Origin: Malacoraja senta
Lineage: Eukaryota
NCBI GenBank assembly: GCA_038087875.1
Contig: JAXLNO010001097.1
Location: forward strand, 62,001-126,000
DNA length: 64,000 bases
Direction of reading: 5' to 3'
A model generated the notes under the pieces. It ran no database searches. It was not told where the DNA came from and saw only the letters and a list, made by a program, of their open reading frames with translations. Below are positions 1 to 12,707 of this stretch, piece by piece (the first letter of the stretch is position 1; each line of letters starts with the position of its first letter). A program made the position numbers and the translations under genes.

Positions 1-1590
1 AGATAGTAAGTGAGTGAGTGAAAGAGTGGTCCAGGGAAACCCATAGGGACCTAAACCACAAGAAAGAGTTAAAAAAACAAAAGAAGGAACAAGAAAAAAA
101 AGTAAAATAAGATAAGACAATATAAAAGGGATGTACCTAATTCATATCTTTACTCACCCCTCACCAGGTCCTGAAACCATTTATTATCAACATTTTGTTG
201 CACCCTATATTTGTAATAAGTCGATAAATGGAGACCAAATCTTTAGGAAATGGCCTGGTATTGAAAGATCAAAAAGAATAATGCACCAGCCGGGACTGTT
301 GTCCTCATGTATCGGATTTGTCTTACACAAGTGGCAATTCCCAAATGGTACTGCAAATAGCACAGGGCATGTTCACAGTGACTGTTCACACTAACACTTC
401 CTTGATCTGCAAGTGTGTTAATGTCAAGCAGTCCACATCAGGAAAAGAGATATGAGTTGGCATGATGGCTAACTTCATGTATTAAAATACCAAATCTTCT
501 TCAACCCCATGAAATATGAAAATATTATATATCGTGACTAAATTCCTTGCTTTTGTTGTTGTTTATTTTTGCTGGTAAGATGAGCAGATTGCACATATTT
601 AATTGGCAACCAACCACCAACTTCCAAAATTATCTGTTATTTATTTCTGATCCAGGGATCTTTGTTTAAGAGTGAAATTGGAACTAATGACCATGTTTTT
701 GACAGTAGAAATAATGATGAGCCTGTCATCTTGAGAGTGCCTCCCATTTTAATTTATCTGCCCTCACTTTTATTTTCAAACTTAATGGTAAATAATTCAT
801 GCTCAGTGAAATGCCCCCCTGGGTTTTTTTTGTGGAGATTGTTTTAGTTTCTTCCTGGTGTGGCGTTGGAGTTTGAGGTTTGATATTTGGCTATGTAAAA
901 GAATAGCATTTTTTTTCCATCTTCCTCACCTGACTATCACAGTGACTTCCAATAGTTCTTGTGCCTGAGGGTCCAAGTGGGAAAGGGAGGTTCCGTGTTT
1001 CCATAAGTTAAGTATAAAATGGAGGACTGAGAGAGTTATCTAATTTTCTGTGTGATCTCTACATAAGTAGGTTAGTTTGATCTTGTCCGGCAGAATTTCC
1101 AGTTTGTGAAGGGCTGCTGCTGTTTGAGTCTTTATTATTATTTCTAAGGTCCTCCAGAAAATTCACTATGTGTAGGAAGGAACTACAGATGCTGGTTTAA
1201 ACCGAAGATAGACACAAAAAGTTGGAGTAACTCAGCAGTTCAGACAGCATCTCGGGAGAAAAGGAATAGATGATGTTTTGGGTCAAGACTGAAGAAGGGT
1301 CTCAACCCGAAACGCCACCTTTTCCTTTACTCCAGAGATGCTGTCTGACCCGCTGAGTTACTCCAGTTTTTTGTGTGTATCTCCAGAAAATTCACTAATT
1401 TGGGATTTAATGCTGCACTATAAAGAGGTACTGTGTGGTAGCTCTTCCATAAGTTATTATAGTCTTTAAAAATGTGTTTTTTTTACAACAAACACTGATT
1501 ATAATTGGACCAGTTTCTCTGTTTTATCACATGCATCATCGCAGATTGTTCATGACAACATCTTCCTCCTATCCATTCAACTTTATTGTC
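1..1590 (-). mobile_element. Old, fragmented L1-clade LINE (3' UTR, ORF2 C-terminus and RT-region remnants)
   Basis: Minus strand near 200-260 reads FLKIWSPFIDLLQI*, like the ORF2 ends of the other L1 copies here. A YWKSL-like remnant lies near 950-970. Many stops. Interrupted by the insertion at 1169-1380. Confidence 0.55.
1169..1380. mobile_element. Fold-back Penelope-derived short element with 17-bp TSD
   Basis: Direct repeat CTCCAGAAAATTCACTA at 1152-1168 and 1381-1397. Arms ~1208-1288 and ~1299-1381 are imperfect reverse complements. Degenerate CTGAAGAAGGGTCTCAACCCGAAAC core at 1289-1313. Confidence 0.75.
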
Positions 1591-1799
1591 TTATGTACAA
1601 GTATGGATACAATAGAAATCTTGCTTGCATTCATTCTTCATATTTTTAATGAAATGAAGACATTGTTACAGTATTCACAATTTCTGCCAGTTGTTGGTGA
1701 ACCAGTGAGTCAGATGGAGTTTGAAATTGGCAACATATTGTTTACATTAAAATATTAAATTGAGCACAATATCAACTCCTTCATTCATTATTGTGTAAG

Positions 1800-2900
1800 G
1801 TATTAGCATGAACCCGCCATTCTATCATAAGTGCCTGACTGCCATTCACTCAGATCATGGCTGATCTTTTACCTCAGCCATTTTTCTGCAACAACCCCAC
1901 ACCCCTTGATTTGTTAACATCCAAAAAATGTCTTGATGTATTTCTGGATTGCATTCTGTGATGAATCATTCACGAGCCGTTTGGACAGAGATTTCTAAAA
2001 ATTCACCGTCCTCTGAAGAAATTTCTTCTCAATCCTGAATGGACAATTTCATTTTAGAATGACCTCGAGCTATGGAAATATATCTCCGCATTTACCTTAT
2101 CAATCCACGTGAAAATGTTGTACATTTACTTCTCATTCTTCTGAGCCCTCGTGGGCATAGGACCAGTATGCTTTATTTCATCTTGCAGAGCAACCCTCCC
2201 ATGCCAGTAATTAATATGATCAGTCCTCATTGCATTTCAAACATACCCTTCCTTAAATGGAGAGACCAGGCCTGTACACCAATATTCTAAGTGTGTTCTC
2301 AGCAGGACCGTGTCTAACTTGAGGCAGACTTCTCAACTACAGTACTTGAATCCTCTTGGAGACACAAGAAACTGCAGGTTGTCATCTTGAGTAAAACACA
2401 AAGTGCTGGAGGAACTCAACGGGTCAGACAACATCTGTGGAGGAAATGGACAGGTGTTGTTTTGGGTCTGGCCCCTTATTCAGACGGACTCAAATTCACT
2501 TGCCTTCCTTAAATGCGTGTGTGTACCTGTATAGGAGGCAGTGACCATAATTTGATAAAAATTCAACCTGGAATTTGATAGGGAGAAGATGACATTGGAT
2601 GTGTCGGTTTTACAGCTGAGCAAAGGTGACTACAGAGGCATGAAGGAGGAGCTGGCTAAAGTTGATTGGAAAGGGACCCTAGGAAGAACAACGGTGGAAG
2701 AGTAATGGCAGGAATTTCTGGGAATAATTCAAAAGTCACAGTATTTGTTCATTCCAAAGAGGAAGAAAGATTCTAAAGGGAGAATGAGGTGCATGTGACT
2801 GACAAGAGAAGTCAAATACAGCATAAATGAAAAGGCATATAACATTACAAAGATTACTGGGAAGCCAGAGGATTGGGAAGCCTTTATTCCTCTCTTGTGC
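1800..2900. mobile_element. Degenerate CR1 fragments (minus ~1800-2370, plus ~2570-2880) with a Penelope-derived piece ~2370-2500
   Basis: Resemble the better-preserved CR1 copies at 10781-12270 and 39792-40615. Confidence 0.5.
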
Positions 2901-3009
2901 ACCAGTTATGCTAATTTGGAGTACTTTATTATCTGTGAAATGCTTTAAAATGTCCTTAGACAGTGGAAGGTAGTTATACAATATGAATTCATTCTTTCTT
3001 AAAATTTGG

Positions 3010-3312
3010 AATCTAGAGGTACAGTGCGGAAAATGGCCCTTTGGCCCACCACGCCATTGCTGACCAACGATCACCCTGCACACTAACCTACACACCTACA
3101 TACACCAGAGCCAATTTTACAACTTACCAAAGCCAATTAACTTACAAACCCACATGTTCTCGGAGTGCAGGGAGAAACTGGAGCACCCAGAGAAAACCCA
3201 CGCGGTCACAGGGAGAACGTACAAACTCCGTACAGATTGCGCCCATAGTCAGGATTGAATCCAGGTCTCTGGCACTGCAAGGCAGCAACTCTGCTGCTGT
3301 GCCACTATGTTG
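3010..3312 (-). mobile_element. tRNA-derived V-SINE (HE1-like)
   Basis: Minus strand carries the V-domain-like GGAGTTTGTACGTTCTCCCTGTGACCGCGTGGGTTTTCTCTGGGTGCTCCAG shared with more than 10 copies in the window. Confidence 0.75.
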
Positions 3313-4933
3313 CCCTGTTCTTACAAGTTCACTGATTTAATTGGAGAACATTGCAAAACAGCCCACCACTTGGAGCAGGAAATACAAGAACAACTTCTGG
3401 ATTTCCACACTAAATTATACAGGTACACAGTTCAGGTGTTGCAGTCTGATTTTCTGGTATGTACTGGTGAGTATTGTAGCAATCGGCAAAGGTGCTGCAT
3501 ATAGGAGCAGCTTGGTGAACATCTGAAAGGGAAACATTGGTTAATATTCAGACTGTGACTCTTCCAAACAATGTACAACCTATGAGTCTGGGTCTGAAGA
3601 AGGGTCTCAACCCAAAACGTCACCCATTCCTTCTATCCAGAGATGCTGCCTGAGTTACTCCAGTATTTTGTGTCTATCTCCGATGTAAACCGGCATCTGC
3701 AGTTCCTTCCTGCACAAACTATGTATAATCTTTCCATGCAAAACAAGAAAATCTAAGTTATCCTAAAGTCTTTGCATGACTTTTGTTGTCTTTATAAAAA
3801 GTACTGGCTCTTAGCTTTAATGGCTGAAGGTAGCAAGTGTACAGATACATCTAGTTTTTCCTTTTGCATTCCATCTCCCATATATCCAGTTCCCTCAGCA
3901 GCAGCGTATGTAATCAGTGGCACACGCTGGTGAAATGCACAAAGCAATCAGGATCATTGGACCTCATCATTTGAAACAGGGAGAGCCAGAGACTTTGTAG
4001 CCCCAAACTAAAAAACGAATTATTCAACACTGTGATCTCCTGCAGTTGTTTTCAATTCCAAAAGAGCCTGATAATAAATGCATTGGTAATCACCTCTGTC
4101 ATGCAAGGAGTACAAATGCATAGAAAAGGAATTAAAATGCTGGTATGTGTTACTTTTTCTGCTTTTTATTCTTGCATTAGAATAAATTTAAGTTGTATTC
4201 TTCCCCAATATATTTAATATTGATTTGTAGTACAGTCATTAGTAACTGTGAATTTTCCCTATATCTTTCCTGAGCAAACTGAAACTAATCTTATTTTGCT
4301 CTACTTTTCACCAATTGTATTCAATTTTATGATTATTTATTAATTCAGTTTAGTCCAACAAACTATTGAAGTTACTTCTGTATAATGAACATTATATAAA
4401 AATAGAATCCCTGCCTTGGATGTTTCCTCTCTCTATCCAGTCATTTTGTCTTGAACTTTGTTTCTTCATTTTTCATTTGTGGATCTGGGTATTGCCAGCA
4501 ATGTCAGTATCAATTCTTCACCCATAATTTACTTTGGGAAGATGGTGTAAAGCACCTTCTTGAACCACTGATGAAGAACAGTGATGATCAACCTTCTGAT
4601 GAAGAACAAGCTATATATTTTCAGATGAACATGGTATATTACTTGGAACAGAACCTTCAGGTAGTATTGTAGCCATGGACTTGCTCCCCTTGTCCATCTT
4701 GTTGGTAGAGATTACGGGTTTGGAAGATGTTTCCAGAGTAACCTGGGCAAGTAACTGGTGCATAGTTTCAGATGGTGCACACTGCAGCCACTGTGCTTGG
4801 AGGTGGAGGGAATGAATGCATATTTACTGTGGATAATGCGATGGCAATGAGGTGGCTTGCTTTGTCTTTGTTGGTGTTGATCTACTTGAATTTTGTTACT
4901 GCCTCACTCCTCCAGGCAAGTGTAAAATATTCC

Positions 4934-7900
4934 TTTTTTTTTTTTTTTTTTTTTTTTTGGAATTTTTTTTTATTATTGGAGATAAGTACACAATTTATTT
5001 ACATCATTACAGTCTGACATTTTTAAATTGATAATATTATCAATTATTATTACATTGTCTCCAATACCTTTTGCCTTTTTTTTTAAACTAGATAGAGCTA
5101 AAGAGATAGATGAAGTAAAGAAAGAAAAGAAAGAGAAGAAGTATAAAAAAAAAAAAAAAAGAGAAAATAGTTAAAGAAGAATGGAAAAATTTATTGAAAT
5201 AAAAAACTTCATTCGAGATATGTTCGTACATTTCAGAGTATAGCATTTCATCCATTCTTTAGACCGAGTGCTAGTCAGGTTCCTGTGCTGAACCATTCTG
5301 ACCCTTTAAGTAATCAATAAAAGGAGACCATGTTCCTACGAATAATTCCTGTTTGTCCAACAGGGAAAATCTGATTCTTTCCACGTTTAAGGTCTCCGTC
5401 ATTTCTATAATCCACATTTTGATTGTGGGGGCCGTAGGGCCTTTCCAAAATTTTAGAATTAATTTTTTTCCTGTTATTAAACTATAATCAATAAAGTTTC
5501 TTTGTGTTGTTCTAAATGTTTGATTTAATTCTAATATTCCGAGTATTATTAATTTTGGATCTGGGTCCATTTGTGTGCCGGTTACTTTAGATATTATACT
5601 GAAAATATTTACCCAGAATTTTTTAATTTTTATACAGTTTGCAAACATATGAGATAATGAAGCTTCTAAATGTTGACATTTATCACATATAGGTGAGATA
5701 TGTTGAAACATTTTATGTAGTTTTGTTTTTGAATAATGTAACCTATGTATTACTTTAAATTGTATTAGAGAATGTCTGGCGTTTAGTGAGCACTGATGTA
5801 TGTGTTGCAAACTTTCTTCCCAAGTATCTTTCGTTATTACTTGATTTAATTCTTCTTCCCATGTTTGTCTGTGTAATTCCGTCGAAGGAATGTCACTGTC
5901 TAATAAGATATTATATATATAAGATATTAATTTTTCTGTATTAGGATGTTTGTTCCAACATTCATCAAGAATTTCTGAATTTCTAAATCGAAAATTTTGA
6001 GAGTTCGATTTTACATAATCTCTAAGTTGAAGATATCTGAAATAATCATTTCCTCGGTCCACGAGTCTGTTGCAACTCCTGAAATGTCAGAAAGGTGCCT
6101 TCCTTATAAAGTTGTCCCATATTTTTAATTCCATAATTCTTCCATTGTGTAAAACCCCCGTCCAACCATAAAGGCTTAAACAAAGGGTTATTCACAATTG
6201 GAAGAAAAAGTGATAAATTATCTAATTTTAATGTCTTTTTTAATTGTTTCCAAATTCGTATAGCACTAAATATTATAGGGTTTTCCCTATAAATTTTTTT
6301 GTTTAATTTAGATGTAGCAAATAATATCGAGCCGATATCAAAAGGTAAACAATCTTCCTTTTCCATTTTTAACCAGTCTGGTTGATGATCTATTTCTTCC
6401 AACCAGAAATTCATATTTTTAATATTAACAGCCCAGAAATAAAACAAAAAGTTGGGTAAAACCAAGCCTCCATTTATTTTTGATTTACACAAGTGTCTTT
6501 TGTTTATCCTATGATTCTTATAATCCCAGATAAAATCATTAACAATAGAGTCCAGTTTTTTAAAAAAGTTTTTTGTCAGATATATCGGAATTGTCTGAAA
6601 AAGGTATAATATTTGCGGTAAAAAAATCATTTTTATAGCATTAATTTTGCCAACCATTGAGATAGGAAGTGTTTTCCAGTATTGAATATTCTTATGTAGT
6701 TTGTTCAGTAATGGGGGAAAATTTGCTTTAAATAATGATGTATATCTCTTAGTTATATAAATACCTAGATATTTAAATTTTTCATTTACTATTTTAAATG
6801 GAAATTGTTGTATTATCTGTTTGTTATGTTCCCTTATTGGCATAATTTCACTTTTATTCCAATTTATTCTGTATCCTGAAAGTGAACCAAATTGGGTTAT
6901 TAGCTTTAATAAGTTTGGAATACTAATGTCTGGTTTTGTAATGTAAATTAATACATCATCTGCGTATAAAGAAATTTTATTCACTGTGTCCTTTGTGTTA
7001 TACCCATATATTTCCGGATGCCCCCTAACTCTTTCTGCCAGTGGCTCAATAGCAAGCGCAAATAATAATGGAGATAACGGGCATCCTTGTCTACAACCTC
7101 TAGATAGGCTAAATTTAGATGACAACCTTTGGTTTGTAAGTATTCTAGCCGTGGGATTTGTATATAACAGTTTTATCCATGTACAGAATTTCTCCCCTAG
7201 CTGCATATTTTCCATCACCGAAAATAGATAAGACCATTCCACCTGATCAAATGCTTTTTCAGCGTCAAGTGAGATTATTGCTAGATCTTCGTTAATAATT
7301 CTCTTGGAATATATAATATTAAATAATCTTCTTAGATTATAATATGAATACCGTTTCTGAATAAAGCCTGTTTGGTCAGGGTGTATTAATTTATTCATCA
7401 CTGTACTTAATCTATGCGCTAGTATTTTAGTTAATATTTTCTGATCTGTATTTAATAGTGCAATTGCTCTGTATGATCCCGGGTCTTCCGGATCTTTATC
7501 AGCTTTAGGAATAAGTGTTATTATAGATTCATTTAAAGTGTCTGGAAGTTTCTGTTGAGTATAGATATATTCATACAGTCTTTGTAACCGTGGGCAAAGC
7601 AAATCATAAATTTTTTTATAAAATTCGGAGCCTAAACCATCTGGTCCTACTGCTTTACCATTTTTTAAAGAACCAATAGACTCTTCAATATCCTTTATCG
7701 TAATCTCCCTTTCTAATAATTCTCTATCGTTTGAATCTAAACCTTTTAAATTACATTTTAGTAAAAAATCTGCTATTCCTTCTGGTTGTGCTGCTGTTTT
7801 AGTTGAATAAAGGTTATAATAGTATTGGAGAAATCTATCATTTATGTCCTTGGGCATTTTTAATAATTCTCCTGTCTCTGTTCTAATTTTATGAATTATT

Positions 7901-8469
7901 TTTTCCCCTTCCATTTTTCGTAACTGACGTGCTAATAGTTTTTGTGGTTTGTCTCCAAATTCAAAATGTAATTGTTTGGTTTTTTGATAAAGTTTTATTA
8001 CTTGTTCTGAATACATTTTATTTAATTTATATTTCAATACAACAATTTTATTATGTTTTAAAGTAGATGGCATTCTCGCATTTTCTATATCTAGTTGCTT
8101 GATTTCGCTTTCCAATGTTTGTTGCTTAATCCTGTTCTCTTTATTATAAAATGCTTGAGCAGAAATTAATGTACCTCGACCATATGCTTTAAACGTTTCC
8201 CACATAAGAGAAATAGGTGTGTCAGGGTTGTCATTTACCTCAAAAAATATTTGAATCTGTTTAATAATATATTCCTGGCATGATCTTTCGTTCAAAATTT
8301 GTGGGTTAAATCTCAGACATTCCATTTAATTTAATCATGAATGTTACAGGTGCGTGATCTGAGATTATAATGTTATGGTATTTTAAATTATAAATAAATG
8401 GGGTAAACGTAGAGTCAACTAAAAAATAATCTATTCTTGAGTATGTTTTATGTACTGGTGAGTAAAATG
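4934..8469 (-). mobile_element. 5'-truncated L1-clade LINE, frameshifted ORF2 (EN C-terminus, RT, CCHC)
   Basis: ORFs 6046..8325 (LYADD, GCRQGCPLSPLLF) and 5271..6062 (CDKC-x8-H-x4-C). EN motif YSRIDYFL...SDHAP at ~8350-8440. Poly(A) appears as a T-run at 4934-4958. TSD AATATTCC at 4926-4933 and 8470-8477. Confidence 0.92.
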
Positions 8470-8479
8470 AATATTCCAT

Positions 8480-8585
8480 CCGTCATAGTGAGGCCACACG
8501 CAAATTGGAGGAACAGCACCTCATATTTCGCTTGGGCAGCTTACAAGCATGCGGTATGAATATTGATTTCTCTCATTTCAAGAGA
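8480..8585 (+). mobile_element. Penelope-like GIY-YIG 3' fragment
   Basis: Encodes SEATRKLEEQHLIFRLGSLQACGMNIDFSHFK, matching the GIY-YIG C-terminus at 57364-57610. Confidence 0.65.
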
Positions 8586-8635
8586 GTCGTCTCTGACATA
8601 CCAAATCTCTACAATCTTTTCAGGAAGTAGAGGCA

Positions 8636-8925
8636 TTAATGGGGTTTCTTTATAATCGCATCAGTGTGCTGGGTCCAGGAAAGATCTTCAGAGATATGCA
8701 CGCTCAGGAATTTGAAGCGTTTGACTCTCTCCACCATCATTCCATTTGTATAAGACAGTTTGTGGGTTCTCATCCTTCCTTTTCCAAAGACCACAATCAG
8801 TTCCTCGCTCTGACTGACATTGAGGGCAAGGTTGCTGTGCTGGCACCATATGGTCAGTCGGTCGATCTCCCTTCTATACTCTGACTCATCACCATCTGCA
8901 ATTCGGGCAACAACAATGAACTTGA
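8636..8925 (-). mobile_element. Rex1/Babar-type LINE RT C-terminal fragment
   Basis: ORF 8636..9037 contains DESEYRREIDRLTIWC...LALNVS...VERVKRFKFLSVHISEDLSW, typical of the region after the (Y/F)ADD motif in this clade. Confidence 0.7.
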
Positions 8926-9754
8926 AGTTGGAGTTTGCATCACATGATTGGGTGGTAGTGTAAGTGGCTTTTCTGTGAACAGGGTATGTCTGACCAGTTT
9001 TCCACATTTTCCATAGGGTAGTAATTTTCCAGCTCATTGAAAGAGACTTACTTGAAGCACAGCTAGTTATGAAGCACAGCTATTTTATACCACAGTTGGT
9101 CAGACATGATTAAAAATCCACATATTCTTGCCTCAGTTCTCTTTGTGCAGCAAACTGTAATTGATGATTGTTCTTGTGGATGCATAATTGAGGAATGACC
9201 ACAGGAGTAGGTCCTTTGCTGCAATCATCCCTGTGCTCCTCGTGATCTCTTGCCAACATAGCTTATCAAGATCATCTTGTTTGTCTAGATTCTCTTTTAA
9301 TGCAATGTATTAATCATCTCAGCAGTCCCATGTTGTATCAAATGTCATATTCTCTGGTTAACATTTATATATCATTTTAAGCTATATCAGATAGCTAATA
9401 TGTTTCAACAAAACGTTAAGAGGGAAAAGTTTAAAAAAAAAGAAACTTTTAATTAAGCTGCTGGAAATAACTCTATATCTCTAAGTTCACTGTACCCCTT
9501 TTCATCTCTATTTGATGTTGAGCTTTTTCTCAAAAACAATAGGTTGCTCTGTTGTAAAATCCAGGCTCTCCTGATTTCCCTATTTTACTACCATTTAAAT
9601 GGCCATACTATCATTTTCCGGTGCACTCAGTTATGCCCATTATTTCCCAGTTTTTAAATGTAGTGCTATCCAAGAAGTAATGATAGCTGCATTTATTATG
9701 GCAAATTAGTAGCATAGTTGTCATAAAGAATAAGGGTAAATAACTACTGTCTTA

Positions 9755-10084
9755 AAGCCCTGTCCCATGGTACGAGTTCATTCCAAGAGCTCTCCCGAGT
9801 TTGCCCAGATTCGAACTCGGAGATTTACAGTAATGGCCGCTCGTCGGTACTCGGGGCTCTCGTGGACATTTTTCAACATGTTGAAAAATCGTAACGAGTC
9901 TTCCCATGCTTACCTGCCGTTAGCGAGTCTTCCCGAGTACCTGCCGTAAGCGTTACGAGCCCCTAAGAGACGTCCCCGAGCTCCGACGTACCCGCTACGT
10001 TCATTCCCCGTGCTTACCACTAGTTTGATTTTTTTTAAACTCGGGAGAGCTTTTGGAATGAACTCGTACCGTGGGACAGGGCTT
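9755..10084. mobile_element. PIF/Harbinger-like MITE
   Basis: TIRs of ~48 bp (AAGCCCTGTCCCATGGTACGAGTTCATTCCAAGAGCTCTCCCGAGTTT) with 2 mismatches. TTA TSD at 9752-9754 and 10085-10087. No ORF. Confidence 0.8.
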
Positions 10085-10269
10085 TTAGGGCATTGAATGC
10101 TTCACTTCTCCAGTTGGAGTGTCGCAGAGAATAAAAAATGAGACACTAAACAAATACTGCCCAATAATTTCCAAATGCTTTGACTGTGTATATTTTATAC
10201 GGCTGGGTTTTCCCTTCCCTTCCCTTCCCTTCTGATGAGCAGTAATAGTATTAAACTGTTAGTCACAAT

Positions 10270-10652
10270 ATCTATGTAAGAGATCTGAATGGTGTCAAGT
10301 TGGGAAAAGGGGAAGTACAACGAGGTCTGGGGTCCTGGTTCATCAGTCACTGAAAGTAAGCATGCAGGTACAGCAGGCAGTGAAGAAATCTAATGGCAAG
10401 TTGGCCATCATAACAAGAGGATTTGAGTATAAGAGCCAAGAGGTCCTTCTGCAGTTGTACAGCGTCCTGGTGAGACCACACTTGGAGTTTTGGTCTCAGT
10501 TTTGAAGTGTGGGAGGAAACCAGAGACCCAGGAGAAAACCCACGTAGGTCATGGCGAGAATGTACAAACTGCGTACAGACAGCACCCATAGCCAGGATTG
10601 AACCGAGGTTTCTGATGCTGCTAAGCAGCAACTCTACCGCTGCGCCACCGTG
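10270..10652. mobile_element. CR1 RT-end fragment (+, ~10270-10500) followed by a V-SINE 5' half (-, ~10505-10652)
   Basis: Matches the CR1 and V-SINE copies elsewhere in the window. Confidence 0.65.
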
Positions 10653-10780
10653 CCATCAATGCTCCCAAAGCTACAGGATGAAACTTGTGGAATAAATTCA
10701 AGTGCAACACCTGCTGTTACTTTAATTTCAGAAAATGCACTAAAGATATATACTTTTTTTTTGTCTATCTACTTATAGAA

Positions 10781-12270
10781 AAATAGAAACATAGAAAACA
10801 GGTGCAGGAGTAGGCCATTCGGCCCTTCGAGCCTGCACCGCCATTCAATATGGTCATGGCTGATCATCCAACTCAGTATCCTGTACCTGCTTTCTCTCCA
10901 TACCCCCTGATCCCTTTAGCCACAAGGGCCACATCTAACTCCCTCTTGAATATAGCCAATGAACTGGCCTCAACTACCTTCTGTGGCAGAGAATTCCAGA
11001 GATTCACCACTCTCTGTGTGAAAAATGATTTCCTCATCTCCGTCCTAAAAGATTTCTCCCTTATCCTTTAACTGTGACCCCTTGTTCTGGACTTCCCCAA
11101 CATCGGGAACAATCTTCCTGAATCTAGCCTGTCCAACCCCTTAAGAATTTTGTACGTTTCTATAAGATCCCCCCTCAATCTTCTAAATTCTAGCGAGTAC
11201 AAACCGAGTCTATCCAGTCTTTCTTCATATGAAAGTCCTGACATCCCAGGAATCAGGCTGGTGAACCATCTCTGTACTCCCTCTATGGCAAGAATGTCTT
11301 TCCTCAGATTAGGAGACCAAAACTGTACGCAATACTCCAGGTGTGGTCTCACCAAGACCCTGCACAACTGCAGTAGAACCTCCCTGCTCCTATACTCAAT
11401 TCCTTTTGCTATGAATGCTAACATACCATTCGCCTTCTTCACTGCCTGCTGCACCTGCATGCCTACTTTTAATGACTGGTGTACCATGACACCCAGGTCT
11501 CATTGCACTCCCCTTTTCCTAATCGGCCACCATTCAGATAATAGTCGACTTTCCTGTTTTTGCCACCAAAGTGGATAACCTCACATCCACATTATACTGC
11601 ATCTGCCATGCATTTGCCCACTCACCCAGCCTATCCAAGTCACCTTGCAGCCTCCGAGCATCCTCCTCACAGCTAACACTGCCCCCCAGCTTCGTGTCAT
11701 CTGCAAACTTGGAGATGTTGCATTCAATTCCCTCGTCCAAATCATTAATATATATCGTAAATAGCTGGGGTCCCAGCACTGAGCCTTGCGGTACCCCACT
11801 AGTCACTGCCTGCCATTGTGAAAAGGACCCGTTTACTCCTACTCTTTGCTTCCTGTCTGCCAGCCAGTTCTCTATCCACATCAATACTGAACCCCCAATG
11901 CCGTGTGCTTTAAGTTTGTATACTAATCTCTTATATGGGACCTTGTCGAAAGCCTTCTGAAAGTCCAGATATAACACATCCACTGGTTCTCCCTTATCCA
12001 CTCTACTAGTTACATCCTCGAAAAATTCTATAAGATTCGTCAGACATGATTTACCTTTCATAAATCCATGCTGACTTTGTCCAATGATTTCACCACTTTC
12101 CAAATGTGCTGCTATCCCATCTTTAATAACTGATTCTAGCAGTTTCCCCACTACCGACGTTAGACTAACTGGTCTGTAATTCACCGTTTTCTCTCTCCCT
12201 CCCTTTTTAAAAAGTGGGGTTACATTAGCTACCCTCCAATCCTCAGGAACTACTCCACAATCTAAAGTTT
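10781..12270 (-). mobile_element. 5'-truncated CR1 LINE (RT to 3' end)
   Basis: ORFs 11534..12184 (YRPVSLTS...DFQKAFD...[10 protein letters not shown]...KFADD) and 11068..11487 (RPHLEYCVQFW). (TTTCTATG)n-type tail at ~10781-10800. Confidence 0.92.
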
Positions 12271-12707
12271 TGAAAAATTATCACAAATGCATCCACTATT
12301 TCTGGGGCTACTTCCTTAAGTACATTGAGCCAAATGTACATTGTACATTATATTGTACATTGAGCCAAATCACTCTATTTCCTTTTATTAAACAGATTGA
12401 CAATCTGCAGAAGGGATTAATCCATGTGGCTCTAGCTGCTTGTCTTAGGCTTATTAGAAATACTGGACAGGAGTATGAATGCAGTTTCGTAGGACAGTTT
12501 AATTTTAGCCCTAGCCCTTAACCTGCATTGCTTGATGAAAATATTTCAAATCTTGTCTCACAACGTAATTCTACAAATCCTGAGTTTTTTTTATTAGTTC
12601 AGGTTTGCAGTGGACAGCTTTCCATGCGTGGTTTTGTAACCTGCTCACTTGGTGTCATTTGAAACCCATTCCTGATTAAGTCAGAACTATCATGCCTCCT
12701 TGAAGAT

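Noticed and set aside
3855-4200. Possible terminal exon (pyrimidine tract-CAG at ~3888, AATAAA at ~4073 and ~4181)
   Set aside because: All frames close within 30 codons, and there are no upstream exons or homology.
9140-9310. TM-like stretch SFAAIIPVLLVISC as a relic class I TM exon
   Set aside because: It is short, not in frame with the nearby acceptor, and has no accompanying Ig or alpha exons.
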